A DNA stretch of 64,000 nucleotides from Mobula hypostoma (lineage: Eukaryota). The translations under genes were made by a program, and so were the position numbers. This document shows, one piece after another, positions 1-13,179 of this stretch. The stretch's first letter is position 1. Each line of letters begins with the position of its first letter. The stretch is from NCBI RefSeq assembly GCF_963921235.1, contig NW_026948141.1, forward strand, positions 62,001 to 126,000, read 5' to 3'. Below the pieces are notes generated by a model. That model did not search any database. It was not told where the DNA came from and worked only from the letters and a program-made list of their open reading frames with translations.

Positions 1-230
1 ACACAGAGCGTCATAGGAAGTCATTCCTGCCTGTGGCCATCAAACTTTACAACTCCTCCCTTGGAGGGTCAGACATCCTGAACCAATAGGCTGGTCCTGG
101 ACTTATTTCATAATTTACTGGCATAATTTACATATTACTATTTAACTATTTATGGATTTATTATTTATGGTGCAACTGTAACGAAAACCAGTTTCCCCCG
201 GGATCAATAAAGTATGACTATGACTATGAC
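1..230 (+). mobile_element. Rex1/Babar LINE 3' end, AATAAA + (TATGAC)n tail
   Basis: Reads TERHRKSFLPVAIKLYNSSLGGSD; nearly identical to the 3' end of the element at 53972-56403. Confidence 0.85.
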
Positions 231-429
231 AAAACCACTCTGAAACTGCCATGCTCAGAGAATGACTACTCCTCTTGCACCTGCATTATTCTGATTCATC
301 CTTTCAAATGAATCCCTCTTGTTGATTGGTCGCGGCCCATTTCAGCGAAGCTCTGCCTTTTAAATCTTGACCACGGACCTGATTGAAAGGTAGCTCTTTT
401 TACACACTCCCTCTCTTTAATTGGTTGCT

Positions 430-831
430 GCCCAACTCAGGACTCACACCACCAGGTTTGGGAACAGTTATTGTGCGTGAACCATCAGGCTCTTGAACCA
501 GAGGGGATAACTTCAGTCAGCTTCACTCACCCCATCACTGAACTGTTCCCACAACCTAAAGACTTACTTTCATGGAATTTTCAACTCATGTTCTCAATTT
601 TTTTGCTCATTTATTAATTATTATTATTATTTCTGTCTTTCTATTTACTTTTGCACGGTTTGTTGTCATTTGCACATTTGTTGTTTGTTTGTCCGTCCTG
701 TTGTGTACAGTCTCTCATTGATTCTATTGTGCTTCTTGGACTTACTGTGAATGCCCACAAGAAAATTCATCTCAGGGTTATATATGGTGACGTTTTTGTA
801 CTTTGATAATAAAATGACTTTGAACTTTGAA
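430..831 (+). mobile_element. Rex1/Babar-type LINE 3' fragment, (CTTTGAA)n tail
   Basis: RTHTTRFGNSY...TIRLLN-like C-terminus plus a 3'UTR shared with 44680-44850 and 59848-60070. Confidence 0.7.
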
Positions 832-994
832 TGGAAAAGGAGAGAATGGGAGCAGTGAGAAATTACTGGAAATCTGAGAAATTGATAGTCGTGTTAGTTA
901 AGCTGAAATGTTAAGTGTTTCTTCATAGCTGGCACTTAGATAAGATACTAAAGGAACGACTCATTGGGTAAATACAGAAGAACACATGCTGCTG

Positions 995-1140
995 TTTAAT
1001 TAGTCAGGGTGTCAAAGGTTATGGGGAGAAGGCAGCAGAATGGGGTTTAGAAGTATAATAAAGCAGCCATGATGGAATGGTGTAGTAGACTCAATAGGAT
1101 GAGTGGCTTAATTCTGCTCCTAGGTTTTATGATCTTATGT
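995..1140 (+). mobile_element. CR1 LINE 3' end
   Basis: Typical 3'UTR (cagccatgatggaatgg...aattctgctcct) with a (TCTTATGG)-like tail. Confidence 0.75.
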
Positions 1141-1624
1141 GCAACTGCAGAGAGACATGCACGGACACACACATGAAATATGGAAACTGTTCTGACTGTC
1201 TTGAAAAACACTGACAGTAATGGAAGCTTTATAATACACAGTGAGTTTTTGCAGAGAACGCACGGAGCTGTACAACAATAATTGATGTCATTCAGTGCTG
1301 TCTAGATCATCTTAAGCATTGTTTCATGTTTGCTTGTTAGCCTGTGATATGTGCTATGTTTCAGACACTTAGCTTCACATGGTCTAGACTAGAGCCTCTC
1401 AGAGGCCTAGCTGCCTGAACAGTAGAATGTTGCCATCTGGAAACTCCATTTGATGAATTCCTAATTCCTCAAAAATTCAGAAAACAAGTGGGTTATTTAA
1501 GTTTGGAAGTTTGTGCCTTGTTCCAACATCATTCAGATTGTAAAGTGTTGACAAGCCATAAGCTCACAGTGCGTGGGCCTGAGAAGTGAAAGATTAAACA
1601 AGTAAGTGTGTGATGCAGGCCGTA

Positions 1625-2195
1625 GGTCCTTAAGGTTGTTATACCTGGTAGTGTGGATGAGCTCCCAGTACCTATTAAATGCTCTGAATGGCACGCATCT
1701 CAATACCAAGTCCAGCTCACGACCTTCATGCATGGCTTAACTACTAAACCCAGTGGAACTGATAGCAGAGGGGCAAAGGTGGGTTACTCACACCTTAAAA
1801 CCAGTCACTTTGTGCAGATGAGGCTCGTCAGCTGTGTTTGGTAACTCATCTAGGAGAAGGAAAACTCTGATCTCAAAACTCCGCTGCCTTGCGGCTTTAC
1901 CCAATCATTGGAAAGGTTTCAAGAGTAAACCCCGAGGAAAATCCGGAGGTGGTGTCCCTAAGGCAGTCCTACATTGTGCTCAATACTGACTGGCAACTCC
2001 TGCGATGTCACTGGTGCCAGACTGTATCGGTGTTTGTCATTCCTTTGGATTCATCAACTGCATGGAGAGGGGGAGCCTGCTGCACGGGCAACAGCTTGCT
2101 GTCCATATTGTACTGCCCTGGCTTGTGTATCAAGCATACAGTAAATAGCTAGGACACAACATCCATGGTCAACCCTAACCAACGGAGGGCCTCCT
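1625..2195 (+). mobile_element. ORF-less RTE-related short element, family A copy 1 (degraded)
   Basis: Collinear with 3686-4517 over ~550 bp; carries the ggagaaggaaaactctga motif I associate with RTE 5'UTRs. Confidence 0.65.
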
Positions 2196-3685
2196 CCTGT
2201 TGGAAGCTGCGGATCAATGATTTCCTTTTTACAAATGACCCGAGCGCTGTGTTAGTTCAGCTGTAAGGGTGGGATAATTTGGACTGTGAGGATTGCAAGG
2301 GCCTCTCTGTGGATAATGCTTCATGCTGTTCAGTTCAAACAGGAAGCTGGGTCACGTCTATCAGTTCTTATTTTTTTGGCTCTGGTTCCTTCCCCCACCC
2401 CTAAAGCTGGAAATTGACTGCTTTCAATATTGCATGCTTGATTACTTCAAGCTGCAGTGCAGATTGACAATCTGAAAAACCAGATTAACTGAGCTAGAAA
2501 GATGTTCTAAGTAAGATATGACTTCAGGACTTGAAGTTGCAACATTCTGCCTGTTTGAGTAATGGTGCTTCCTGTTTTTTTCTGCAATGGTTTGAAGTAT
2601 TGCCTCCTGCTTGTAAGCCAGTGGTGGTTTTGCATTCTGCAGGCACGTGCCAGATTGTAGCCAATTGAGTTCAGAATTTGCCATCTTTTTAGCATTTGTT
2701 TTTTTTATACAGAAATGCTGTAAACTGTGGCCCATTATGCAGTAATGACATTCATAATTGCTAACAATTGGCAGTCTCCTGGAGTGGTATTGCCGTTTTA
2801 TATGGCTTTGTAGCAGGGCATTTGCACAAGCTGGTGTTGTGTAGTTTTGATGCAATCCTTTTATATTTAAAACTTTCCCTTTCAAACATCTCGTAGTGAT
2901 CTCCAGAGTTGTTGATTGTAAGAGTAAACTGAAAGATCACACGTGTGTGTTTTGATGGGCAATTTATTAAAAACTGGTGTGCACCAGGAGACCAATCAAA
3001 GCTGATCTACTAAGCATAAATTTGGTACAGCTTTTACATTTTCAGTTGATGAGATTTACCAAGAAAACTACATTTTGATGACAGGATGGTGACTACAGGA
3101 AGACTTAATTAAGAAACGGACTTGGTCCTGATTACAGGCTGAAATGATTGTCCACAGGTCTAACAGTAAATCCAGTTTTCTATTACAACAATGGGTGCAT
3201 GCCACTGTTCTGTCTAAACTGCACGGGTGCGTGGCCGTGCAGTAATTGAAATGCTCCTAAGCACGTAGCCTTTGTTGCCGTGCAGCTAGAAAAAAGACAT
3301 GAGAGAATGTTTATGAAACATGAAAGATTTTCTTTGTTATACTGTAGCTCATTATACCCTTTAAATAAAATCAATAATATGTGATTTTTCAATTTTCATT
3401 TGAAATATACATAGTATGCATATCAAAATAAAAACATTTAAAGTGACTCGCATTTTTCAGGCCTTGTAAAAATTTCCTGCTCAGAGCAATGGTTGGTTTG
3501 TGCAGCTGTAAAAAAACATTAGAGGGAATGTCGGTGCATGCTGTAACGTAATTAATGACACTCCTGAAACTTGGTTGTCGTTGCTGCCGCATTCCGTGTC
3601 TACTTCTAGGCTTTGTCTGTGGTTCCCTGTTACAACAGTAGCCAGTTAACAAGTTCAAGTTTAATTATTATCTTAAATGTGTTAA

Positions 3686-4517
3686 GGTTCTTAAGGTTGT
3701 CATAGCCAGGGGAAGGGGCTGTAGTGGGAATAAGTCCCCACTACCTATTAAATGCTCCCAATGGTATGCGTCTCAAATAGCTTCTAACAACCAAATGCAG
3801 CTCCCGGCCTTTACGTGTGGGTTGGCTACTAAGCCCAGCAGAACCATTTCTTCTACGGGGTGATATTTAGATGAGGAAGCATTTATTTAGCCAGAGAGGG
3901 GTGAATCTGTGGAATTTGTTGCCAAACACCTGTGGAGGCCGTCTTTATGGATATTTAAGGCAGAGGTTGATAGATTCTTGATTGATTAAGGCAAGAGATT
4001 AGGGCTGAGAGGAATAATGGATCAGCCATGATGAAATGATAGAGCAGACTTAATGGGCCAAATGGCCTAACTCTGCTCCTATATCTTATGGTCTTACGGA
4101 CAGGAGGAGGGGCAAAAGTTGGTGACTGGTGCCTTAGAGCCAGTAGCTTTGGAAAGATGGGGCTCGTCAGCCAGGGTTGGTAGTAGATCCAGGAGAAGGA
4201 AACTCTGATCTCACACTTCCGCTGCCTTGCAGCTATACCCACACATAGGGAAGGCTTCAGGACTAAACCACAAGGAAAACTCCAGAGCTGGAGTCCCTAA
4301 GGCAGTCCTACATTCAGTTCAACGCTGACTGGCAACTCCTGCGATGCTGCTGGCGCCAGCCAAACTGTATCAGTCTTTGCCATTCCTTTGATTCATCAGC
4401 TGCATAAAGAGTGGGAGCCTGCTGCATAGGCAACAGCTTGCTCTCCATGTTGTACTGCCCTGGCTTTCGTATCACATAGACAGTTGGGACGCAACACCCA
4501 ACTGACGAGAGGCCTCA
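3686..4517 (+). mobile_element. ORF-less RTE-related short element, family A copy 2, split by a CR1 3' end (3859-4094)
   Basis: Collinear with copy 1; the CR1 insert is flanked by a TACGG duplication (3854-58 / 4095-99). Confidence 0.7.
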
Positions 4518-4630
4518 AATACAACCCCATTACTCATCCCTGATGGACAGTACACCCAACATACATGCCCAATACTGATCTCCAGAATAAAGGCCAGAAA
4601 CTGCTGCTGGAACAAGTGGTCTCAGAAGTG

Positions 4631-5748
4631 ACCACACGGTAGGTTTATTCAGAAAGTTAGAAGGCATGGGATCCAGGGAAGTTTGGCCAGGTGGATTCAG
4701 AATTGGCTTGCCTGCAGAAGGCAGAGGGTGGTGGTGGAGGGAGTACATTCAGATTGGAGGATTGTGACTAGTGGTGTCCCACAAGGATCCGTTCTGGGAC
4801 CTCTACTTTTCATGATTTTTATTAACGACCTGGATGTCGGGGTAGAAGGGTGGGTTGGCAAGTTTGCAGACGATACAAAGGTTGGTGGTGTTGCAGATAG
4901 TGTAGAGGATTGTCAAAGATTGCAGAGAGACATTGATAGGATGCAGAAGTGGCAGATGGAGTTCAACCCAGAGAAGTGTGAGGTGGTACACTTTGGAAGG
5001 CCAAACTCCAAGGCAGAGTACAAAGTAAATGGCAGGATACTTGGTAGTGTGGAGGAGCAGAGGGATCTGGGGGTACATGTCCACAGATCCCTGAAAGTTG
5101 CCTCACAGGTAGATAGGGTAGTTAAGAAAGCTTATGGGGTGTTAGCTTTCATAAGTCAAGGGATAGAGTTTAAGAGTCGCAATGTAATGATGCAGCTCTA
5201 TAAAACTCTGGTTAGGCCACACTTGGAGTACTGTGCCCAGTTCCGGTCACCTCACTATAGGAAGGATGTGGAAGCATTGGAAAGGGTACAGAGGAGATTT
5301 ACCAGGATGCTGCCTGGTTTAGAAAGTATGCATTATGATCAGAGATTAAGGGAGCTAGGGCTTTACTCTTTGGAGAGAAGGAGGATGAGAGGAGACATGA
5401 TAGAGTTGTACAAGATAATAAGAGGAATAGATAGAGTGGATGGCCAGCGCCTCTTCCCCAGGGCACCACTGCTCAATACCAGAGGACATGGCTTTAAGGT
5501 AAGGGGTGGGAAGTTGAAGGGGGATATTAGAGGAAGGTTTTTTACTCAGAGAGTGGTTGGTGCGTGGAATACACTGCTTGAGTCAGTGATGGAGGCAGAT
5601 ACACTAGTGAAGTTTAAGGAACTACTAGACAGGTATATGGAGGAATTTAAGGTGGGGGCTTATATGGGAGACAGAGTTTGAGGGTTGGCACAACATTGTG
5701 GGCCGAAGGGCCTGTACTGTGCTATACTATTCTATGTTCTATGTTCTA
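4631..5748 (+). mobile_element. Young 5'-truncated CR1 LINE with open RT C-terminus (ORF 4683-5681)
   Basis: [25 protein letters not shown] motifs; (TTCTATG)n tail; near-identical to 56409-57585. Confidence 0.95.
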
Positions 5749-6005
5749 AGTGTATAAAATCACGACAGCATGGCGAGTACAGTCTTTTCCCCTGGGAAAG
5801 GGAATGAAAAACTAGAGGTCACAGGTTTAAGGTGGGAAGGGAAGGGTTTAAAAGGGACCTGAGGGGCAATTTTTTCACACAGAGAGTGGTGCATATATGG
5901 AACGAGCTGCCAGGTGAAATGGTTGAGATGGGTAACGTAACAAGATTTGAAACATATTCAGAATCACAATCAGGTTTATTATCTCTGACCTATGTCGTGA
6001 AATTT

Positions 6006-6177
6006 ATGGAAGTGAATAAACAGTCAACATTTTGGGCAAAGACCTTTCTTCAGGTCAGATCTCGACCTGAAATGTTGACTGTTTATTCCACTCCATCGAT
6101 GCTGCCTGACCTGCTGTGTTCCTCCAGCATTTTGTGTGTGTTGCTTTGAATTTCCAATATCTGCAGAATTTCTTGTT
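6006..6177 (+). mobile_element. Penelope-derived short insert with inverted 5' piece and degenerate hammerhead motif
   Basis: 15-bp TSD tatgtc(g/a)tgaaattt (5991-6005 / 6178-6192); internal inverted repeat gaataaacagtcaacattt...aaatgttgactgtttattc. Confidence 0.7.
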
Positions 6178-6546
6178 TATGTCATGAAATTTGTTATTTT
6201 GTGGCAGCAGTACAGTGCAAGACATAAAAAGTACTATACATTACAATTAAAAATGCATATATAAAAATTAAATAAAATGAGGAGTGCCCAGAGAGCAAAA
6301 ATTAGCGAATGCTTGAAATCACAGTGAGCAAAACAGTTCTGAATTGTCTTATTTCCGACTTCTGGCCAACTACCAGTGACAAAAAATGCTGCTTTTTGAA
6401 CACAAGCACGCACAACTGGCACCGTTTAAAAACTGTTTGCTCTAAGCACAGTGTAGTGTCCACAGGCCACCCAAATGCATGTATTTAATGCTAGTTAGAA
6501 ATTGTTCAGCAGCAGTCACCAATTAAATGGCATGGTGTCCTAAGTA

Positions 6547-7935
6547 AATCAGAATCAGGTTTAATATCACTGGCTCATGTCATGAAATTTTGTTGTTTTG
6601 CGGCAACAGTACATTGTAATAATTAATAAAAACTATAAAATACATTGAGAAGTATAAATAAAAAAAGAAAATTACGTAATACAAAAAGAAAGGAAAATTA
6701 GTGAGGTAGTGTTCATGAGTTCATTGTCTATTCAGAAATCTGATGGTGATGGGAAAGAAGCTGTTCCTGAAATATTGAGCGTGGGTCTTCAGGTTCCTGT
6801 ACATCCTACTTGATCGTAGCAACGAGAAGAGGGCATGTCCTGGGTGATTAATGATGGATAGTGAAGTTGTCCTGGATGCTGGGGAGGCTAGTGCCCATGA
6901 TGGAGCTGGCAGAGTTAACAACTTTCAGTTAAAGTGCTCTCCACGGTATATCTTTAGAAATTTGTGAGTGTCTTCGCTGGCATACAAGTTCTCCTCAAAC
7001 CCATAATGAAAGATAGTTAATGTCATGCCTTTCTTAAAATTGGATCAATATGTTGGGCCCAGGATAGATTCTCAGAGATGTTGACACCCAGGATCTGAAA
7101 CTGCTCACCCTTTCCACTTCTGATCCCTCGTTGAGGACTGGTGTGTGTTCCCTCGACTTCCCCTTCCTGAAGTCCTCAATCAGTTATTTGGTCTTACTGC
7201 ATTGAGTTCAAGGTTGTTGCTGCAACACAACTCAACCAGCTGATCTATTTCACTCCAGTACATCTCCTCATCACCATCTGAAATTCTGCCAGCAATAGTT
7301 GTGTCGTTACGTTAGCAAATTTATAGATGGCATTTGAGCTGTGCCTAGCCACACAGTTGTGGGTGTAGAGAGAATAGAACACACATCCTTCAAGTGTGCC
7401 AGTGTTGATTGTCAGTGAGGAGGAGATGTTATTTCCGATCTTCACAGACTGTCGTCTCTCAGTGAGGAAGTCAAAGATCCAGATGTAGAGTGAGGTACAG
7501 ATGATCATGTTTTGGAGCTTGTTGATGAGATTATGTTGAATGCTGAGCTGTAGTCAGTAACTATTTCTGTTGTCCATGTGATGGAAGGCCGAGTAGAGAG
7601 CCAGTGAGATTGCATCTGCTGTAGACCTATTGTGGCTAAAGTCAAATTGCAGCAGATCCAGGTCCTTGATTAGGCAGGAGTAGTCCTAGCCATGATCAAC
7701 CTCACAAAGTACATGTGAGTGCCACGGGGCAAGATTCATTGAGGCAGCTCACCCTGTTCTTCTTGGGCACTGGTATGATTGTCACCCTTTTGAAGCGTGT
7801 CAGAACCTCCAGCTGCAACAATTAGAGATTGAAATTATCTTTGAACACTCCCACCAGCTGGTTGGTATAGGTTTTCAGAAAACCACCAGGTACACCATCA
7901 GGGCCTGACAGTTTGTAAGGGTTCACCCCCTTGAA
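6547..7935 (-). mobile_element. Decayed Rex1/Babar LINE, (CTGATT)n tail
   Basis: Minus-strand WIFDFLTERRQSV, YSLYTHNC, HPGHALFSLL...RNSFFPITIRFLN. Confidence 0.85.
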
Positions 7936-8942
7936 ATAAGTGAACCCTGGTTGTTTTCTGAATTAGGTTTTATTCTTTAAGAGTTGCCCCAAATAAAGGG
8001 CTTCCCTGATTAACTGATGGCCCAACTAACCGGAATCCACTGTATTTATTAAGAGCCTCCCCTACCTCCTCTGGTCCTGGCATGTCTTCTGTTTTATTCC
8101 TGATTGATCTTATGCTCACTCTAGTTATCCTCCTGTTCTTCACGTATGTGTGTAACACCTTGGGGTTTTCCTTAATCCCACTCGCCAAGGCCTACTCACA
8201 ACCCCTTCTCACTGTCCTAACAGGATCAAAGTGTGCTATAATCCTTCTCTGGGTCCGTGATTCATTTATTGGCCCGCGGGTTTCCAAATGCAAATTAATT
8301 TTGACATGGAAATATATTGTTCTCTTTGTTCCTAAACATTATACCTCTCTTCAAGTGTTTGTACAGTTTATCTTGATGTAATATTTGCTAATACTGTGTT
8401 AACTGTTACTCTTTTTATCAAATGACTCCTGCCTTTTTCAAATTCCCAAACTCCCTTCTATATATTTTTCATCACTGTGTGCTGTTAACATAATTTCCTT
8501 TCTGTTTTTAACTCTCCATATGAATTATGTCATATGCAGCCCCTCAGGGCAGCCGAGCTGGATACAAATCATATACTAGCAGTCACCCCACACCCTTATT
8601 TCCTACTGAAAAACTCAAACTAGGTTTCCTACATACAAGCCTCTCCCATCTGTTGTAGCAATCATAGCACATCCTTTCGCAGCTCATAGTGCTCCAGACC
8701 TCATTGTAGAGTGGTATTGTTCCACTTGAGCTCAACTTCAGCCTGGTAAACTCACAACAAAAACGCTTATGCTACCAGGAATCTGAAATAAAAACGTAAG
8801 TCAAATCGAGTTCACTGTCATATGCACAAGTACATGTATGCATAGGTGCAATGAAAACTTACTTGTAGCAGCATCACAGGCTTGAGATAAGCAGCATTCT
8901 CAGGGGAAAATACAGGTTAAATCTAAATTATACACAATTTTT

Positions 8943-9480
8943 ATAAGACCCGTAAGACCATAAGGCAGAGGAACAGAATTATGCCATTCAGCCCATCAAG
9001 TCTGCCATTCCATCATGGCTGATTTATTCTCCCTCTCAACCCCATTCTCCTGTGCCTTCTCTCCATTTCTGTTGACGCCCTGGCTAATCAAGAACCTATG
9101 AATTTCTGCTTTAAATATACCCAATGACCTGGCCTCCATAGCCATCTGTGTCAATAAATTCCACAGACTCACCACCTTCTGGCTAAAGAAATTTCCCCTC
9201 ATTTCTGTTCTAACTGGATATCTTGCTATTCTGAGGCTGTGCCCTCTGGTCCCAGACTCCCCCACTATAAGAAACATCCTCTTCACATCCACTGTATCTA
9301 GGCCTTTCAATACTTGATAGGTTTCAATGAGATCCCCCATTATTCTTCTAAACTCCAGTGAATATAGGCCCAGAACAATCAAACATTCCTCATTTGTTAA
9401 CTCTTTCATTCCTGGGATCTTGCTCTTGAACCTCCTCCAGACCCTTTCCAATGCCAGCACGTCTTCTTAGATAAGGGGCT
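8943..9480 (-). mobile_element. CR1 LINE 3' fragment
   Basis: ORF 8996-9460: LERVWRRF...GLYSLEFRR...TRGHS...NFFSQKVV. Confidence 0.9.
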
Positions 9481-9654
9481 TAAAATAAAGAATATATGGA
9501 ACAAAAAAAGACCATTTTAGTGCCAAATGATCATAACGTTGCTAAAATATATTGATTAGGTTTTTGCCAGTTGGTTCATAGTCAAAGTTAATATAAATTT
9601 ATTATCAGAGTAGATATATGTTACTAGGTACTACCTTAAGATACATTTTCTTGC

Positions 9655-10310
9655 AGGCAGAGGGTGATGGTAGATGGAGTGTATTCTGCCTGGATGTCAG
9701 TGACCATTGGTATTCTTCAGGAATCTGTTCTGGGACCGGTGCTCTTTGTGGCTTTTAGAAATGATTTGGATGAGTACATGGAAAAATGGGGTAGTAAGTT
9801 TGCAGATGACATGAAGGTTGGTGGTGTTGTGGATAGTTTAGAAGGTTGTTGTAGGTTACAGTGAGACATTGGCAGGATGCAGAGCTGGCAGACAAGTGGC
9901 AGATGAAGTTCAATCCAGAAAAGGGTGAAGTGATTGACCTTGGAAGATCAAATTTGAGGGCAGAGTACAAAGTTAATGGTAAGATTCTTAGTGGTATAGA
10001 GGAACAGAGGGATCTTGTGGTCCACATCCGCAGATCCCTCAAGGTTGCTGTGCATGTTGATAGAGTGGCTCGGAAGGCCTACGGTGTGTTGGCCTTTATT
10101 AGGAGGAGATTGAGTTCAAGAGCCATGAGGTAATATTGCAGCTCTTATAAAACCCTGGTTAGACCATACCTAGAGTATTATGTTCAGTTCTGGTAACCTG
10201 AGGGGAGTGTGCAGGGTATATAGAACTAGCTGCCAGAGGAAGTGGTAAAAGTGGGTTCAATTACAACATTTAAAAGCCTTGAACTGAAGAGCTTAGAAGG
10301 ATATGGGTCA
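9655..10310 (+). mobile_element. CR1 RT fragment
   Basis: SVLGPVLF, KFADD, KWQMKFN motifs with frameshifts. Confidence 0.85.
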
Positions 10311-10469
10311 AATGGAGGTTAGCTGGAGTACCTCGTCCTGAATTTTTGTTTCTACCACACAGAGGTAGATGAATAATTTCAGTAGTCACTCAGCAAGGAT
10401 GGATGGAGGTGCCATGTTTTAGAATGTTTTTTATTTGGTCATTTTATATGAACGTTATTGGCAAGACCA

Positions 10470-10870
10470 TCATTTGTTAGAGCGATACAGCATGGATAGA
10501 GGCTCTTCCGCCCAGTCAGTGTCCACTCAATTTCCTGTGTTTACCCCATATCCCTCTAATCCCTGGTCCTCCATGTACCTATCTGACTACTTCTTAAATG
10601 ATACTATTGTACCTGCCCCAACCACTTCTCCTGCTTGTTGCATACACTCACCACCCTCTGTGTAAAAAAGTTGCATCTCAGGTCCTTTTTAAATCTTTCC
10701 CCTCTCATTCTAAATCTATTCCCTCAAGTTTTGTATCCCCTTTACCCTTGGGGAAATACTGTAATTGTCCATGTTACCTATACTTCTCATAACACCCCTC
10801 ATTCTCCAAAATTCCAAGGATAAAGACCCAGACTAGCCAACCTCTACCTATAACTCAAGCTCCCTGGTCA
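10470..10870 (-). mobile_element. CR1 3' fragment
   Basis: Minus strand reads ...DLRCNFFTQRVVS..., followed by a CR1-type 3'UTR. Confidence 0.7.
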
Positions 10871-11489
10871 TGGCCACAGTCACAGACAGGCAAAACCAGA
10901 TAGTGAACCAAGTGATTCTTTTTCACAACAGTCCTGTGCTTCCACAGTGTGTGTTACTGATGCTAGACTTATTTAATGACTGAAATTTAAATTCCCCAGC
11001 CTCCATGCTGGGATTGAAACTGGTGTTTCTGGATAAATACCTCAACCCCCTGGATTTTTAGACTGCAGCAATTGCTGTGTTACTACGTAAGCCATAGAAA
11101 CAGAAAACCAATGTCCTTTTTGTCTTCAGGAGTGGGGGTGGGGACATGGGGGTAAGATGCCTTCCCATTTTGGGGAAAAATTGTTCTGAGATGTGCTGGT
11201 TATATGTATCCCCAAACTTATTTGTTTGGAGCTAGGTTAGTGGCATTCAGGTCTGGCATCCCTGAAAAGTAAAAGAGGTCTAGGTACGACCTCCAGAAAG
11301 CTACCTTATATGCAAAGAAGCAATTCCGAATCAAACTTGAAACATGGGAGGATGCTCAAAAACTGGGGCAGAGTTTGAATGCTCTTACCTCCTATAAAGC
11401 AAAACCAAGTAAACCATAGTGGATAACTTCACTTCCAAGGACTTTACATGATCCTGGGACCATGACCATTCATAGTGAAGAAATAAGAT

Positions 11490-11790
11490 TAAAGGTTAGC
11501 TTTACTTGTTGCATTTACATCAAAAGATGCAGCAAAGTGCACCGTTTGCATCAGATCAAATCAACGAGGAAGTGCTGGGGGTCACCTGCAAGTGTTGCCA
11601 CACTTCTGGCGCCAACATAGCGTGTCCGTAACTTACTAGTACTAACTGGTATGTCTTTGGAATGTGGGAGGAACCCCACCCAGTGATGGGAAGAACATAC
11701 AAACTCCTTACAGACAGCAGCAGGAATTGAACCTTGATCTTACAACCGGCTGCTGTAAAACATTACATTGACTACTATGCTACAGTGCCA
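11490..11790 (-). mobile_element. tRNA-derived V-SINE-like element
   Basis: Reverse complement contains a B-box-like ggttcaattcc and the V-domain ttcctcccacattccaaagac. Confidence 0.65.
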
Positions 11791-13179
11791 TCCCTCATGC
11801 TACCATGCCACTGTAGTACTGGAAGTAATGTATCACTGATCAAATACCCATTAGCATACCCCATCATGTATTACAGGAGGTGCTTGTCCCACTTGTGCTC
11901 AGCAGCCACCTCCGAACCCTCAGAACACCATTGAAAATGTGTTTATCCCAACCTTGAAGGGTTCTCTAACAAGATAAAGATGACTCAGTTATTTTGCAAG
12001 CTCTTGCTTAAAGCAGAACAAAATGTTTTCTCTGCACAACGTATACTACTGTTAATCTTTTCCTTTTTAAATCTTGATGGCCTTGCTAATCTGCCTTGTA
12101 CATTGTTTGGTGACATTAAATAACTTCATTCAGCAACTTTCTGAGGCAACTTTTTTATGACTGAATTATGTAATCTTCAACAGAAGACTCCAGCTGTAAC
12201 ATTCTTCATGTACTGTGACCTTGAATATGATGCAGGTGGCTCATGGCTCACTCATAAACAGAGAGTCTTTGATTGAATAAACGCACATTTATTTCTGTGG
12301 CTTCAAAACCATTAGTGTTGGATTCTGCTACTGCAATCAGTCACGTCTGCTCCGTAGTTTGGTCTATAATATCTTGTAGCATTTTGAATATTTGTATTGG
12401 CACAATGTGTGTTAGCTAAATGAAATGTAGTTTCTCCCTTCTAGTTCAAGTTTCTTTGTCATTCAACCATACCGATGAATACAGCCAAATGGAGCCGCAT
12501 TCTTCCAGGGCCAAGGTACAAAACACAGTACCAACAGTCACACACAGCACAAGGTACATATAATATGTATAACTACAATAGCAGTAAAACATACAGTCAT
12601 GATAATGATGTAGCCCAAGTCTCTGAGTGTCAGGTCTGTGGATTGATGGTGCATGTGATGTTGTCCTGGAACCACGTTTCTACAAGGACAAGCCACACTG
12701 CTCTAGTGTAGCTGCAGACGAATGCAATCAAGCTTGTCTTCCACCAATGAACACTGGAGGGCAGTACCAATGGGAGAGGCCAGTCCCCATCCTAGCATGG
12801 ATGCCTGCTGTGCCACACCACCTCCAGTGTCTCCTCCCCTGGATGCCTACAGCAGGCAAGCCTGTGGATATACACACGCACTTTCTAAGCATTTAAGCGA
12901 TAGGTGTGCCTAAGGATACACACACACTTTCGAAACATTTGGGTGACTAGCGAGCCTGCGGATATGCGCATGCTTTCTAACTGTGTAGATGACAGGCAAG
13001 CCCATAGATACATACTCACTTTTTAAATGTTACCATGGAAGTGAATCCAAGAACCATGTGGACACATGACACTTGACATGGAAATCATGCACATGGATGT
13101 GTGACTTTGACAGCCATCATGTGGACATAATGCTGAAATGGGACTCGTGCACACGGACACCAGCCCTTTCCCTAAAGCA

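Noticed and set aside
2442..2885. 147-aa minus-strand ORF in non-repetitive DNA
   Set aside because: It has a non-ATG start, no recognisable domain and no splice support.
3046..3088. Possible small exon after cttttacattttcag
   Set aside because: No similarity to LRRC56 or any protein I recognise, and the donor is weak.
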